A DNA stretch of 64,000 nucleotides, from assembly GCA_004764695.1 (NCBI GenBank), contig SMSO01000014.1, positions 5,942,029 through 6,006,028 of the forward strand. Direction: 5' to 3'. Position numbers and translations under genes: made by a program. This DNA comes from Schizochytrium sp. TIO01 (Eukaryota; Protista; Bigyra: Labyrinthulomycetes). The notes under the pieces are model-generated. The model ran no database searches. It saw only the letters and a program-made list of their open reading frames with translations, and was not told where the DNA came from. Shown one piece after another: positions 36,901 through 49,805 of the stretch; positions within the stretch are counted from its first letter, which is position 1; every line of letters begins with the position of its first letter.

Positions 36901-39900
36901 AGTACTCTGGATCAATCGCAAATCAATTGGACTCCAAGGCTTCCAGGTCGCTTCTAAAATGTCATAAACCTGGGCCTTCGCTGAAGCTCCACGTCTTCTC
37001 GTCGAGTTCTCTCAGTTCTTCTGTCAAATGCACAAATCAGCAAATACACAAATGAATGAATAATGAACAAAGTTCTCTTCTCTTCTCTTCTCTTGTCTTG
37101 TCTTCTGTTATTCTACCTGCTTTCGCTGTGTCGTGTGTGTGTTCGCGCAGCATCTCGAGGAAATTTCAAAGGAACTCACATTTCCACGTCTCACAGCGGC
37201 GCTGATCCTCACGAATACACGTACTCCCAATATATCGAGCGAGCGAGCGACCTCAATGGCGGACAGTCCACTCCCGTTCCGCTTAAATGCGGTGCCTGAG
37301 CGGAGGAAATGAGTGAACAGAAATGAGCCATCCAATCAATAAATGAATGAATGAATAAATGAATGAATGAATGAATAAATGAATGAATGAATGAATGAAT
37401 GCCCAGAGATTTGAGAACGTCTGCAACACGATTGTTTGTTTCCTGCTGTAAGAGGGTATAAAGTAAGAGGTCGCTGCCAGGGGAGCAGTAGAGGAGAAGA
37501 AGGAGGGCCCCAAAGCCACCGCCTCAGAAGGTATGGACGGCCAGAGAACCAGAAGGACCTTGGGATTTCGAGATTCTGCTGTTTTTCATGTCCAAATACA
37601 CTCATTTTATTTTTAAAAAATGCATTTAAAAAAATAAGAGAATCGACAAAAACTAGAGCAATTGATTATTTTATTCCCCTTCGCCTTCAACCAAAATTCG
37701 AGCGCTGTGGCGCACATTGCGGACTACCTTTATGCGACAGCTATCATGTCTGTCTGAATGGCAGTTACCAAGACACAGTGCTACCGGACCCAGAGACCAG
37801 AGCATAGCAGCCTTCAACAGGAACACGGAGTCCCGTGACTAGTTCCAGTTTTGAAACATGATGATCAACAGCTGCAACACCTTTCTACAGACGAAAGACC
37901 ATGCTGGAGTATAAGATCTTCACCGCATATCTGTAAATCTTGAGGAACTGTGGAGTCGGGAGGAAGTGAAATTCCACCCACAGCCATGCACACCTTTACT
38001 GTGCCCTCGCAAACACACCTTCTCCAGTGCAGTAATGTCCCGGAGCACTACCAGGTCCGGCTACCCTTTCTCAACATTTTGACTCTTGTGGGATTGACTG
38101 CCCTCACACCACGAACGCTCACTGCCTCTGCGCTTCCTCTGCTTTCCCCATCAAAAACCCCCTTCAACCTGTCTCCACTGGCCGTCCCGCGCCCACTCCC
38201 CTCCCTCTCCTAATCGTCCTGTTTTTTCTCCTTCGCGCCTTCCTTGGAGGCCTCTGCGATAAAACAAAAACTATCATCTATGGTAACCACGAATGGAAAC
38301 CTTCCCTCTTCCTCAGAAGGAGAGTACCTGCCGCATCGCTAAGCAGCATCGCTAAGCGGCGCTCTGCTGTGGGTGCGGGGCTCCAGCATGGGCAAGCTCG
38401 ATTGAAAATGAGAATGACATTCAAAAGGTAAAAGGCCAGCCAAAAGGTGGTGCACAGTGCGAAAGAAACTATCTGTTCCTTCATTGGCCGGCCAGAGAGA
38501 GGCGCAAGCCATGCCACATTGCTGACGACATTCCAATGCTTTCAGGCCGTCACTACCGCCAGAAAGAAAGCCTCTGCTCCTTCGAAGGCGGAGCTTTCAT
38601 TCGCATTCATTTCTGGCAATTCTCTGAATGCCTGCCTTCTTTGGTAGAAAGAAGTCTCACCTTTTTCCACAGAAGCGCCGGCTGCGATGGCAGGTTTTAC
38701 CATCGCTCAGTTAGTATGAATCAAAGTGATGATTGATTGGTCGCTCGCTGCCTATCTTGAAAGAAAATGCGCAGAGATGGTCGAGGGATTTTTACATGCT
38801 TGGAAACGGAAAAGAAAGCAGTTCAGGCAGGAGTCGCGAGATCCGACGCGTAGGCCAGAATAATGGTGAGGAATCTCCATCGAAGGTTTGTCTGCCTTCT
38901 TCTTAGGTGAATTCCTCATTTTGAGCCATCCTCACTCACTCTCTCACGAACAGTTTGAAGGCCAACCTTACCTCTCTAAGATAGCGGCAAAGAGAAAGAG
39001 AAAGAGAAAATGAGAGAGAGAGAGAGAGAGAGGGACCTTCCTATATCTGTGACAATAACTTCTCTTCACCTTTGTTTAAAAGGCCTATCACATCTCTTGA
39101 GGAAATTAGAGCTAAAAGCATTCACGAGGAAGGTAATGAAAGCGGGGAATAGAAGAACAGAACAAACTCACACGTAGAAAAGCACCTCCCTAGGGAGCGG
39201 CTAGCTGCCCAGTAGGTCCAATGGAGCAGTAAGCGGCGCTTCTTCTCTCTCTCATACCGCCTCGACTCAAGGAATCATATCATACTCGTGCTGTTGCTTT
39301 ATAAATAAATAAAATATGGCAGTCTCCCCTCTAAAAGGGGAACTTCAGGAACACCAGCTTGGAAAAGAGTCTCTTCGGAAAAACATCGAAGCTTAAAGTT
39401 AAATCAACTCTTTCTCATTGGACTGAGCTATCTTTGATGATCGTTTGAATGATTGACTTAACAGGCTGCAGCCATACTGACTTATTGGCTGACTTACTTA
39501 CTGCCTGACTGAATATCTGAAAGTACGCCAGTCCCTATGGGCCCTTAGAGACTCCTAGGCCCGCCTGAGCTCACTCTTTCCAGACCACGAAACAAGTTGC
39601 ACGATTAAGAACTTACTTGAGCCTGTTCTTAGAGATCCGAGGAAGGAAGAACGACCTGCCTATGCCTATGATGGGTGGATGTATGTGGGATATACATACA
39701 TACGTACATCCCATGAACAAACAGCCTAAATTTCAAGTTGAAGGTGTCCTCTGTCTCATTTTTACCTTGGTTCGACTGAAGAGAACGAGCGGCAAGAGAA
39801 CGAACACCCAGGCCATTGGAAAAGAATAGAACAGAGGCCCAGCCACAGCATGTGTATTTACGTATCTATGATTAACTCTCTTCAGTGATTTACTTATTTA

Positions 39901-42900
39901 TTTATTTATTTATTTATTTCACTAGTAAATGATTTTTCTTCTTCTTCTTTTTAAAGAAAAAGGAAGGAAAAGAAAGCCCCATACAACGTGAATGAGTGGA
40001 GTGAAGGAATACCTCTTCTTCGATGAAAGTCATTCGAAAGTCCGCAGCAGAAGAATACAATAACCTCATCAGCCTTTGGATTCTTCTTCAGCAGAGGCCC
40101 AAGATTGGGAGGAATCAGCCAATCATACGGGCAGGCAACTTCAGTTTCCTCGAGTCAAATGAGTGTTTTGATTTCTTCACTCTTTCCGTTGCCTAACTGG
40201 ACAGATGGGCACTTTTTATAAAAATAAAAATTGTTTAGTTATTATTTCCAGAAAGAATAGAAAGTTTGAATTGCTCCAAGAACCACCAACGGGATAGATA
40301 CTCTCTTCGTATTAAAGTAAGAACAACGTGGAGATGAAATGGACGGCAAGGAGAAAGAGAATCACCCTTCAGCTCAACTGCAATCAATGCTTTGCGGTAT
40401 GCAGATAATATGACTTTTAAATAAAATCAAGCTTTCGAGCTAGCTGCTTGCCACTTGGAGCAGTTGCTTTTCACTCCGTTGCTAAATTACAAGCTGCAGC
40501 GAAGGCAAGGTCCTTGGTCCTCCGCTGTGGGAGGCTTCCTCCCACATTCCATCTCACACACTCTGCCATTGTACTTCTCATACAGACACTTCAACTTTTC
40601 TCAGTGGCAACCAGAGGATGGTGTGTCAAGAATGCAAAGCTGGATCAAGCAAGTCAGCTTTTCTAGATTTACTTTAAGCTAGTGCAACCTCCCCGCAGCT
40701 TAACTAAACCCTTCTATCATTAAGCCGGTATAAGTCACCTACCATAACTCTAGTAACCCCTGCTGAGGATTGACCTCCATCTCAAAACGAACAGACGATA
40801 TGCGACAATATAAGGACAGATTTAGGCTGTCTCCAGCAAGGCCCGTTGTGCATATTCTTCCAGAATTTGATCGGCGTTCGTGCGTGGGGCCGCTCCGTGA
40901 CCTGTAGTTACTAGTAGAGCATTCGTAGAAGAGGTGCTATTTGCTGCAGCTTCGTTCTTTTGCTTGTCAACTTACTTAGAGTACATTGTTATCTATCAAG
41001 AATCGTTTGAAGTCTACTATATAAGACAAATAGAAGAATGAATAGCTTGCTAAATACTAAAAAATAGCACGATTTTTTGCCACTCATACAGTATAATAAA
41101 CGGGGAACTCGCACTTGGCTCAGTCAGTATGTACGCCTTTTCTACTTATTATTGCGATTATTATTGATTTTCTTCTCCTTTTCTGCGGCTGGCAAACGAA
41201 ACGTGAGGGTTTGTTCTCACGATAAGCCAACCAGAGAGCTGTCTTTTTGAAGCTGCGCCGCTATTTGACAGCACTTGCTCTTGCAAGTGCTCGCTTAGGC
41301 GGCTTTTGGGGCAGTTCGAGTCGGCACTTACGGAGAGACGAGGAAATCAACCTTCTTTTTGTTCTTTTTGTTCCTTTCGAAATAATCTTCAAGATGTTTA
41401 TATTTTATTTATTTTTTTCCTTTTAAAACTTGCATTTGATTATAGTTTTTAATTTTGCGTCGCAGGACTGAGAGAATATTTAGGACAACTGTACTTGTTC
41501 ATGAAAATACTTGTATGAATGAAATACAGACGTCTACCGTTCCAGCGATCCGGAAGGTGCCTTACTTATTCCAGTGCTGTTCCTTTGGTGGTTCCAATGG
41601 CTTGTTCTCCTAAGAGGGTCAGCGACTGGAAGCTGCGAGCTTCCTTGCTTTCGAACGAACCGCTGATTATCGACGAAAATTGGCAGTGCTTACAAGGGAG
41701 GAGTACTTTTTTTTGTTTCTCTTCCTGAAAGAGAAAGGGTTGAGAAAAAGGAATCTCTGTGTTCTTCTTTTTTTTTTATTTTTTTTTAAATAGTAAAGAA
41801 CAATTGGCACTTGCACTCTTTGATAGAGTTGGACCTCTCAAGCTTTGCAATGACTTGAATTGGTCAGTCAGCTCAAATGATAATGGTTGCGCCATAGCAA
41901 TTGGGTACCTACCTTATCAGAAGCACTCTTCACATCCTTGAACAAGGCACACGTCGATGTTTCCCCTCACTCAAAGACCATGATTTGCAATGAATGAAAC
42001 AACCAATGTATCGAATGATATAAGAGAATAGAGACTACACCACATGTGTTCTTTCGAAGACGAAGAACTTCAAACTTGATTCTACTCTAAATAAAAAACA
42101 TAAAACATGCTTGCTTTCAATCCATTTATAAATATACGCCGATGAAAAGAAACACCCACGGCACGTCTTTGTTTACACGACAGCGTGTATGAGAGCCACC
42201 TATGACGTAGTTACCGGAAAGTCTAGCTATGAAGATTTTTCCAATCCTCTCATTACAGAAGTCCATACGGCGGTGTTTTTTCTTTTCCTTTTAACAATAG
42301 ATCGATCAGAATGGTTGGTCTTCTCTGTAGGTACCTCCTCATAAAATAAACAACCTGACTGAGTGGGGTTCCTAGATGATAAAACCCCCTTTTCCCCATG
42401 AAGAAGAAGAAAGAATTGCTATTTATTGCAGAGTTACGTCTGCTTCTTTTTCGCGTACACATATCAGATCAATCAGTACCAGGTTAATTTTCATTTCATT
42501 TTCTTTTTTCTTCATTTTTATTTTTTAAAGTTCTATTTACCTTTGATACTTACTACTCTGTTCAGGTTTGAAGAGGAAACAGGGAACAAAGAAGTGTGGC
42601 GCCTCAAAGATGCCTGTTTGCGCTGGCTCATGAACATTATGATTCGAACTTCGAGTTCCCCTACATACGAACAAACAGAGCAACAAATTAAGCAATAAAC
42701 TATCATACTTGCACTCAGAAACCCTAAAGTGGACGAGACAGTGCATCCAAAGTCGGCTTCGCCCATTCCTTTCCGTGAAGATTTTGCATGCTACGCAAAA
42801 ATACAGATTTATTCTTTGCTATAGCATCAGATAGGTCACAATAGGCAACTACTAGGCAACTACTAGCCCTGGAGGCAAGTGCCGCGACTCCGAAATTGTT

Positions 42901-44021
42901 ACATACCGCACTATAATCGTCGAGATCAAGAGTCAGGACCTCCTAAGTTTTTTTGTTTTGCTTTTTTCTCTTTGTTTTCTGTTTTAATGATGGAAGGATA
43001 GAATGAACTGAAGAGATGAGTGAATGAATAGCACTGTATGAAAGTATATGGACTTATAAATTCTGAATGAACGAGGAGCTTGAAATCATGAATTCAAGCT
43101 CTGCTCCAAAGCCGCTGCCCTTCGCCAATCAGGCGTGTCAAAGAGCGGCGAGGCGGTCAGTGGTATAGACAGTTGAAAATGCAGACAGACTGCCGATTAG
43201 AGGAGGACTGATTGGTTTGCAACGGTATCGTGGACCATAGCAGCAGTACGCTGTGTCGTCAGTTAGTCATCAGTATTTTATTGCTTTTTAATTGAACAGA
43301 AAATAAAATAAATAAACATGTGCATGTCTAAGTTTGAATTGATCCCCATCAATCAATCACAATCAATCAATCACAATCAATCTATCAATCTATCTATCCA
43401 TCCATCCATCAACAGTGCTATTGAGGAGCCTACTTTCTCTTTTTCGAGGCCTCTTCGAGCGAAGAGTGCGAAGGATTATCATTACATGGAGTAGGCATGA
43501 GGATATAAGGTGTTCTCCAATGGAACGTGCCAACCTACTAATTTAACCTGGAGATACACATGTAGAACTGTATGTAACATTGTGGAGAGAGATCGCGTAC
43601 CATTTTTTCAATCAATTGATTTCCAGCGCTCGCTCACTTTGGCACTGCGGTTGAAGGATCAACAACAGTAAGTTCTCTTGGTCTTCGGCCTTTGCAGTCA
43701 GTATTCGATATTAAGTTTCACTGATTCACTCCTTCACTTGATTATTCGACTGTTTTTTATGACAAAGAACTTAATTGATTTAAATTAAATCAGTAGTACC
43801 TCGTACCTCTTAAAAAAGATAAACATACATACATTCATACATAAATAAATAAATAAATGGCGAGCCATGCTAGAGTCGGGTCTAGGGCAAAAGGTAGGGC
43901 AAAGAGGCACTCGCTGGAGGCGATTTTCGAGTGGCGCGAAGATGAGTCAATAGTACCAATAACCTGAAGGAGAAGAAGAAGAAGAAGAAGTGAATCAATG
44001 AATGGATAAATAGAGAGAATG

Positions 44022-44090
44022 AGACTGACTGACTGAATGATTGACTGACCGAATGACTGACTGACTGACTGACTGACTGAATGACTGACT
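44022..44090. repeat. (GACT)n/(GAAT)n compound microsatellite
   Basis: Directly visible. Confidence 0.85.
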
Positions 44091-46162
44091 AAGGAATGAT
44101 GCGGCTCTGGCACAGACCAGAGCTTTAAACAGGCAGGCGTCATCGTGCCTAAGAAGCGGGTCATTCATATCAAAAGAGGACTAAAGAAAGAAAGAAAGAC
44201 TGTTTGTTTTTAATTATCCTTATTGAAACAAAAGAAAGAGAAAGAAGTAGAGACCAGGCCCTCTCCTTCCTTCCTTCCTTCCTTCCTTTCACTCGAGGGA
44301 AGAATGCACTTCGGCGAAGCTCAACTTCCACCTTAATCTCAACTGCACAACCTCACGACAAATATGCAATGTTAAGGCGGGTATTGTTTTGAAGTTAATC
44401 TCCACACGCTGCACTGGGGTAAATGGAGGCAGTGGTGATGTGAGGAGAGCGGATTCCCTGGATGCGGCAAACAGCTTGGAGGAAGAAGGGGGTTAGTAGG
44501 AGTGAGTGTAATCCCGAAGAGAAAGGAGGAGAAAGGAAAGCATTTCTTTTTCCTTATTTGTTTTAAAGTTAAAGAAATAGCAATTATAAGAGAAAAAGAA
44601 GTTGAGTGAGGAAGCAAGAAGGAAAGCAAAGGAGAGCAGGCTCAAGAAAGCCGCGTTGAAGAGAGGAGAAAGAGGAGAATGAGGCGGCTTTGGACGGGAG
44701 GAGCTTCGTCTGCGGTGACTACGGACTCATGAGTATAGAGGATTTCAAGATCGATCGATCAGTTTGGAGGTCGATGAAGTGACTCTTTCTTGAAAAACGG
44801 CCTCCTTTGGTGGAGCTGGAAGAGACGAGGAAAAAGGTGGTACCTAAGTTTCTTTTCTTTTCTTTTCTTCTCTTTTCTTTTCTTTCCTTTCATTGCTCGT
44901 TCTTTCGTTTACTTAGTTTAAGTTTAAGTTTACTGTTGTTGGTTTAGAAGTTCGAGAAAGCTGATTGCAGAGAACAGAAGAAAGAAAAGAAAAAGGTTTG
45001 CGTTATACATGGACAGACTTGGTTTGAAATAAGCTTATGAAAATCGAAAGAAAGAAAGAAAGAAAGAAGAAAGAAAGAAAGAAGAAAGAAGAGGATGCGC
45101 TGTTCTTTTGATGTTTGTTTGCTCATTCATTAGTTGCCGATTGAAGAAGGGAAAGAAAGAACCAGGAAAGCAGAAAGAAGCGGAGAGGAACCAGGAAGAG
45201 AGAAAGAAGACAAAAAGATGCGGAGGTGGAAGAAACAGCACGGCGTCCAGGAGGAGACGGAAAGCGGAAGTCTCCACTGCGGGAATCAAAAGAAAGTCAA
45301 CAGTCAGTGCCTGCATGAGGGGAAACAAAAAAAAGAAACAGGAATAGAACGAAGATGGGGTTTACGGTAGCCGGGATTATCCCCTCCTAGGCAAAGTCGT
45401 GGAGCTGTTTTTTTTTTTTAAAAAAAATTAATTTAACAAATTAATTACTTCGCTTGTTCTGTTTAGACAGAGTTAAAATAAATAGTTTTCCTCAAGGTGA
45501 TCCGAACTTCCTTTTTGCTTCTTCCTCCTTCTCCCTTTGTTTAAAAAGATTTGATCTTTACTCGGCTGTATGCGTGTCTGTCTGTTTGGAGGTCGAGCAG
45601 TCAGCTGTTCTTTATTTGTTTCTTTCTTATCTCTTGGTGGTTCCTAAGAGAAAGAAAGAGAGAAAAAGAGAAAGCAAAGTCGAAAGCCAAAGCGCGAACT
45701 GCAAAAGCAAAAGCGAAAGCCTCGTAGGACCTGAATAAGAGAGACGCCCAACGCACGTGAAGAGGCGGAGAAGAAGAAGAAGAAGAAGAAGAAGAAGAAG
45801 CGGCTCCGGAGCCACAGCAATCCCCGAACTCTTCAAGCGACTACTGCACACGCGAGAAGAAAGCTCGAAAGAAGAGCCTCAAGAAAAAGGCAACCAACTC
45901 ACTCACTTAGTGACGAGTTCAATTCAATCTGGCTGAGCGAGCGAGCAGAACTCGAACAGAGCGAGAAGCTCCGAGCCACACCACAGACAAGCAAGCGACT
46001 AAGCTTCTGCATGAAGAAGACGCAAGCCTAGACGCCTTGGGCTGCAGTACATTAATTTCATTCAATATACAACAACAAAAGACGAGCACAAATCTCATTT
46101 ACATTTGAGGATTTCCAGTACATCTCGAAATCCCGTCCAGCAATTCAACAGATCTCAGAATA

Positions 46163-47431
46163 ATGGGCCTCCAGATGAAGAAGCGAGGCTTCGACCAGAT
46201 TATCAAGGAGGAAGACAGTACCACGGACGCCCTCTCGAGCTCGAGGTCGAGATCCGACAGCGAGACAGGCAGCACATGTTCAACCTGGTCCGAGGAGGAG
46301 GACGACCTGCACAAGAACAAGCGCCGCAAGGGCAACAACAGCACAGCAGCTGACCGCAAAAAGCGTCGCCGCCGCAAGTGGGGCCCCACCGAGGACAAGC
46401 AGCTCAGAACCGTCGTCGCTGAGCTCCAGCGCCCGGGGGCCACGGCCTCGGACCCAAAGGTTTCTTGGTCGGCCGTCGCTAAGCGCATTCCGACGCGTAG
46501 CGCCAAGCAGTGCCGTGACAGGTGGAACTCCATCACACCGGGAATTCGCAAGCGCGAGTGGACACAGGAAGAGGATGAACTTTTGCTCAGACTTTACGCC
46601 AAGCACAAGAACTCGTGGGTCCGCATTGCCAAGGAGTTCAATGGCCGCAATGACAACATGCTCAAGTCGAGATTCCGTGCACTAATGAAGCGCATTAAGG
46701 CCGAGTGCAACAGTCAACAACAGCAACAGATGATGATGATGCAACAACGGCAGCAACAGCAGCAGCAACAGCAGCAGCAACAACAACACTCGCCGCACAT
46801 GATGCCTATGGCACCTGCGCATGTTTACCATCAACATCAGCATCCCCAGTTGCCGCCTGCCATGCTTCACCAGCACAAATCACCTGCCCAAGTGATGCAG
46901 CACCAGCCCCCGAGCCCTGCTGTAGATGCTCTCGTGCCTCCAATGATCCCGCCGCCGCACAGTACCTTGAACAACCCCTCTCCTGTACCTCAGGAACAGC
47001 CTCAGCAACAACAACAACAACAACAACAACAACAACGTCAGGCCTCGAGCCCGATGCTCTCACCGCAATTTCAGTCAGAGAGACTCTCCGATAACCTCTT
47101 TATTATGAGGTCACCGGCACCTTCCTCCACTGTCTCAGCATCGTCCTCCTTTGATGCCTCGGCTGCTCCTAGTGAGGTGATTTCGCAAACATCTAGTCCT
47201 TCTCAAACCCAACCTGTTTCGGCAGCCGCTATGAACACTTCGGTGACAGCACCGGCACCCCAAACAGTTCCCATCATGAAAACTGGTGCTCCTCGATTTG
47301 TGCATCCCCAAAGTGCCAACGGCAACTGGGCGGGCATGCGTCAAGCTTCAGTCAACTCTGTGAGCGGCAACGGTCACGGTGACGAAGAGCTTGCGGACTG
47401 GTGTGCATTCATGGTCAACGAGTTTGAGTAA
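46163..47431 (+). CDS. R2R3-type MYB transcription factor, 422 aa, with polyQ and Pro-rich region
   Basis: Two MYB repeats: KWGPTEDKQL...WSAVAKRIPTRSAKQCRDRW and EWTQEEDELLLRLYAKHKNSWVRIAKEFNGRNDNMLKSRF. Basic NLS-like RKKRRRRK, two Gln runs, C/G-ending codon bias. Confidence 0.95.
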   Translation: MGLQMKKRGFDQIIKEEDSTTDALSSSRSRSDSETGSTCSTWSEEEDDLHKNKRRKGNNSTAADRKKRRRRKWGPTEDKQLRTVVAELQRPGATASDPKVSWSAVAKRIPTRSAKQCRDRWNSITPGIRKREWTQEEDELLLRLYAKHKNSWVRIAKEFNGRNDNMLKSRFRALMKRIKAECNSQQQQQMMMMQQRQQQQQQQQQQQQHSPHMMPMAPAHVYHQHQHPQLPPAMLHQHKSPAQVMQHQPPSPAVDALVPPMIPPPHSTLNNPSPVPQEQPQQQQQQQQQQQRQASSPMLSPQFQSERLSDNLFIMRSPAPSSTVSASSSFDASAAPSEVISQTSSPSQTQPVSAAAMNTSVTAPAPQTVPIMKTGAPRFVHPQSANGNWAGMRQASVNSVSGNGHGDEELADWCAFMVNEFE

Positions 47432-49805
47432 ACGCACGATGGTCTCTCGCTCGCACGCTCGTATGCGTTCATTCTATGTTGTATCCTGGTGCCATATCAT
47501 GTGAAATCGTACATATACCTCAAACTGTACTCTGTATTATATCTGGCCGCATGTGCATGGCATGACTTCAGCTTTGGTCGCTACCTAAGCTTTATATGAC
47601 AAGTCTTTTCTTACCTGCACTCTTTTATTTACATCTACAACCTTTATTCCCCAGCTCTGACACCTCCTGGCTGCCCATCGCCAGTTTATATCCACTTCCC
47701 TGGGTTGGTGTATATATCTCATTCTCAAAACGTTCACACGCAGCTAGTTGTCCGGCTCGAGTCTCTTCACACGAAAATGAAGTAACCCTCTGCCGAGGGG
47801 CATTCTCGCTCGACTGACTTCTGTATTTGTTGCGAGGATGTTGATGGGTTTCTTATTACCTTTTGCTGCAGATGCTTTGTCCTTCTGTAATTTCTGCTCT
47901 GTTACGGCTTGAATCACTTTCTCATCCACAGCTTTTGCCTTAATTTGTCTCTTTTGAGTCAGCTCCCATTGCGCCTCTATACCTAGGGGAAAGGTTGAGG
48001 CCCTTCGACGGGCGAGGTCTGCCTCACAAATTAAAATCAAAGTCTTTTTCATAGATGAGAGATCAAAAATGATAAAAAAGTGCTCTCGAAAGTTCGTATA
48101 TGATTTTTAATCAAAAAGCGTGTGTTTATCGCCATTAGACATGCTTATCACTTTTTGCAAGCATCCACCACGCAGTGAAATCTTTTAGGTGCCCTGCCAC
48201 CACCCAATCACCATTTTCTTTGTGGTTGATTCTCACCATATCATTAACGACATCTAAGCGCACCACACTCTTCACATTTTTGTGAAGTGTCACGGTGATG
48301 CTGATTGACATCTCAGGAACACAATTTGAAATGTGAATCTTTACCCATTTCTTAGCTTGCCTTCCTTTTGCGTCCTGCCTGACGTAAGGTTGGTTTCATG
48401 ATGGCCGCAATTATCATTGCATCTCCTGTGTTCTATCTTCATTCCCTTTCTTATTTTTTTTTTACATTCATTCGTGCAACAAGTTGACAGCTCGCAAGAC
48501 TACTAAACCACCTGCCTGAACAAGATCATCCGAAGCTACTGTCAATGCTCTGATCTATCGTGAACACACTTTTGTACAGCATATGCCTTCTGACTTTGCT
48601 CTGTCTCCTGTCGCACGATTCCCATATATCATCCCTATAAAAGAAGAAAAGACTGTTAAAAGTAAATACCTCTTATATCTCAAATTTCTCCTCGTTCGAA
48701 CTCTCATGTTTACTTTGTTTCACTTGCATTTCTCGATGCTTTGGGGTCACAGCACTCGATCTAAAACACAAACTCTTGCTCATGTCATTTCAAAGTTGTT
48801 CAGCCTTGCTAAAACTTCTTGTGATGAAGAAGTAGTGATGTCATTTCTTTCAATAGATCTCCTTGTAAAACACACAATAATACAGTTTCTTTTGTGACCT
48901 CGTATTGTGTAGAATAGTAAGTCAAACTAATCATGCACAGACTTCGCACTTACGGTTTCTAGCTACAAAGGTAAGCATTAGGTACTATGCCCAACCTTCT
49001 GTCATGGGGCTTGTTGGCCCGCAGAAAACGCTTCGTCAGGTCTGACCTTTCATAAAGTAGAACCTTGGTAATATACTCATTTCGCGACAGATTTTTTTTC
49101 CAAGTATTAATTATCTTGCTTTAAGCTGTCTTGAAGATTCTAAGCCTAGCCCTACTAAAACGAATTTTGCGGCGGCAGTGATTTCAACCAACAAATTACC
49201 TTCAATGACACGAGCAGCGAATGCGTCTAGCCAATTTTACACTAGTACGATATGACATTCTTGATGCGTTGCTTTCTGCTGCTGTAAGTTTTATTGAAAC
49301 CAGTCCTGTCAGAAATACCGAAAATGTTGTAAACACAAGCGTCTGCATACTTGAGCAGTCACTAAAAGCTTCAAATTGGTTGTATATATAACATGCCAGA
49401 ACGCTTGGGATTTAAAGAAATATCCCCAAACAATCAAGTTATGAAGTACAACGTCTTAGTTTAGCTTGAAATACTACAAATCACACGTTTCGTCAAAGTA
49501 AAAATTTGAGATGTGCTAATTTTGGATGCCAATCATCTCGTGATAGAATTACAAATGACAACACCGCCACAGTACGATTTCAAATGTTTTGATTCCAATT
49601 TTTATCTTTATTTTCTAAAGTTATCTAGGATCCTAATTCAAAATGGATTATTGGGTTATTCTTTTACTCTTCCAGAGCAAAGTACCGCCCTGTGCATGAT
49701 CTACACAGGAACGCGTACGTTCTGTATAAAGCTACATACAAACCACCGTGGAGGGGCGGCCACAAGCTACAATTTCTTCAGTTTGATACACTGAGCCGAC
49801 TGTGC

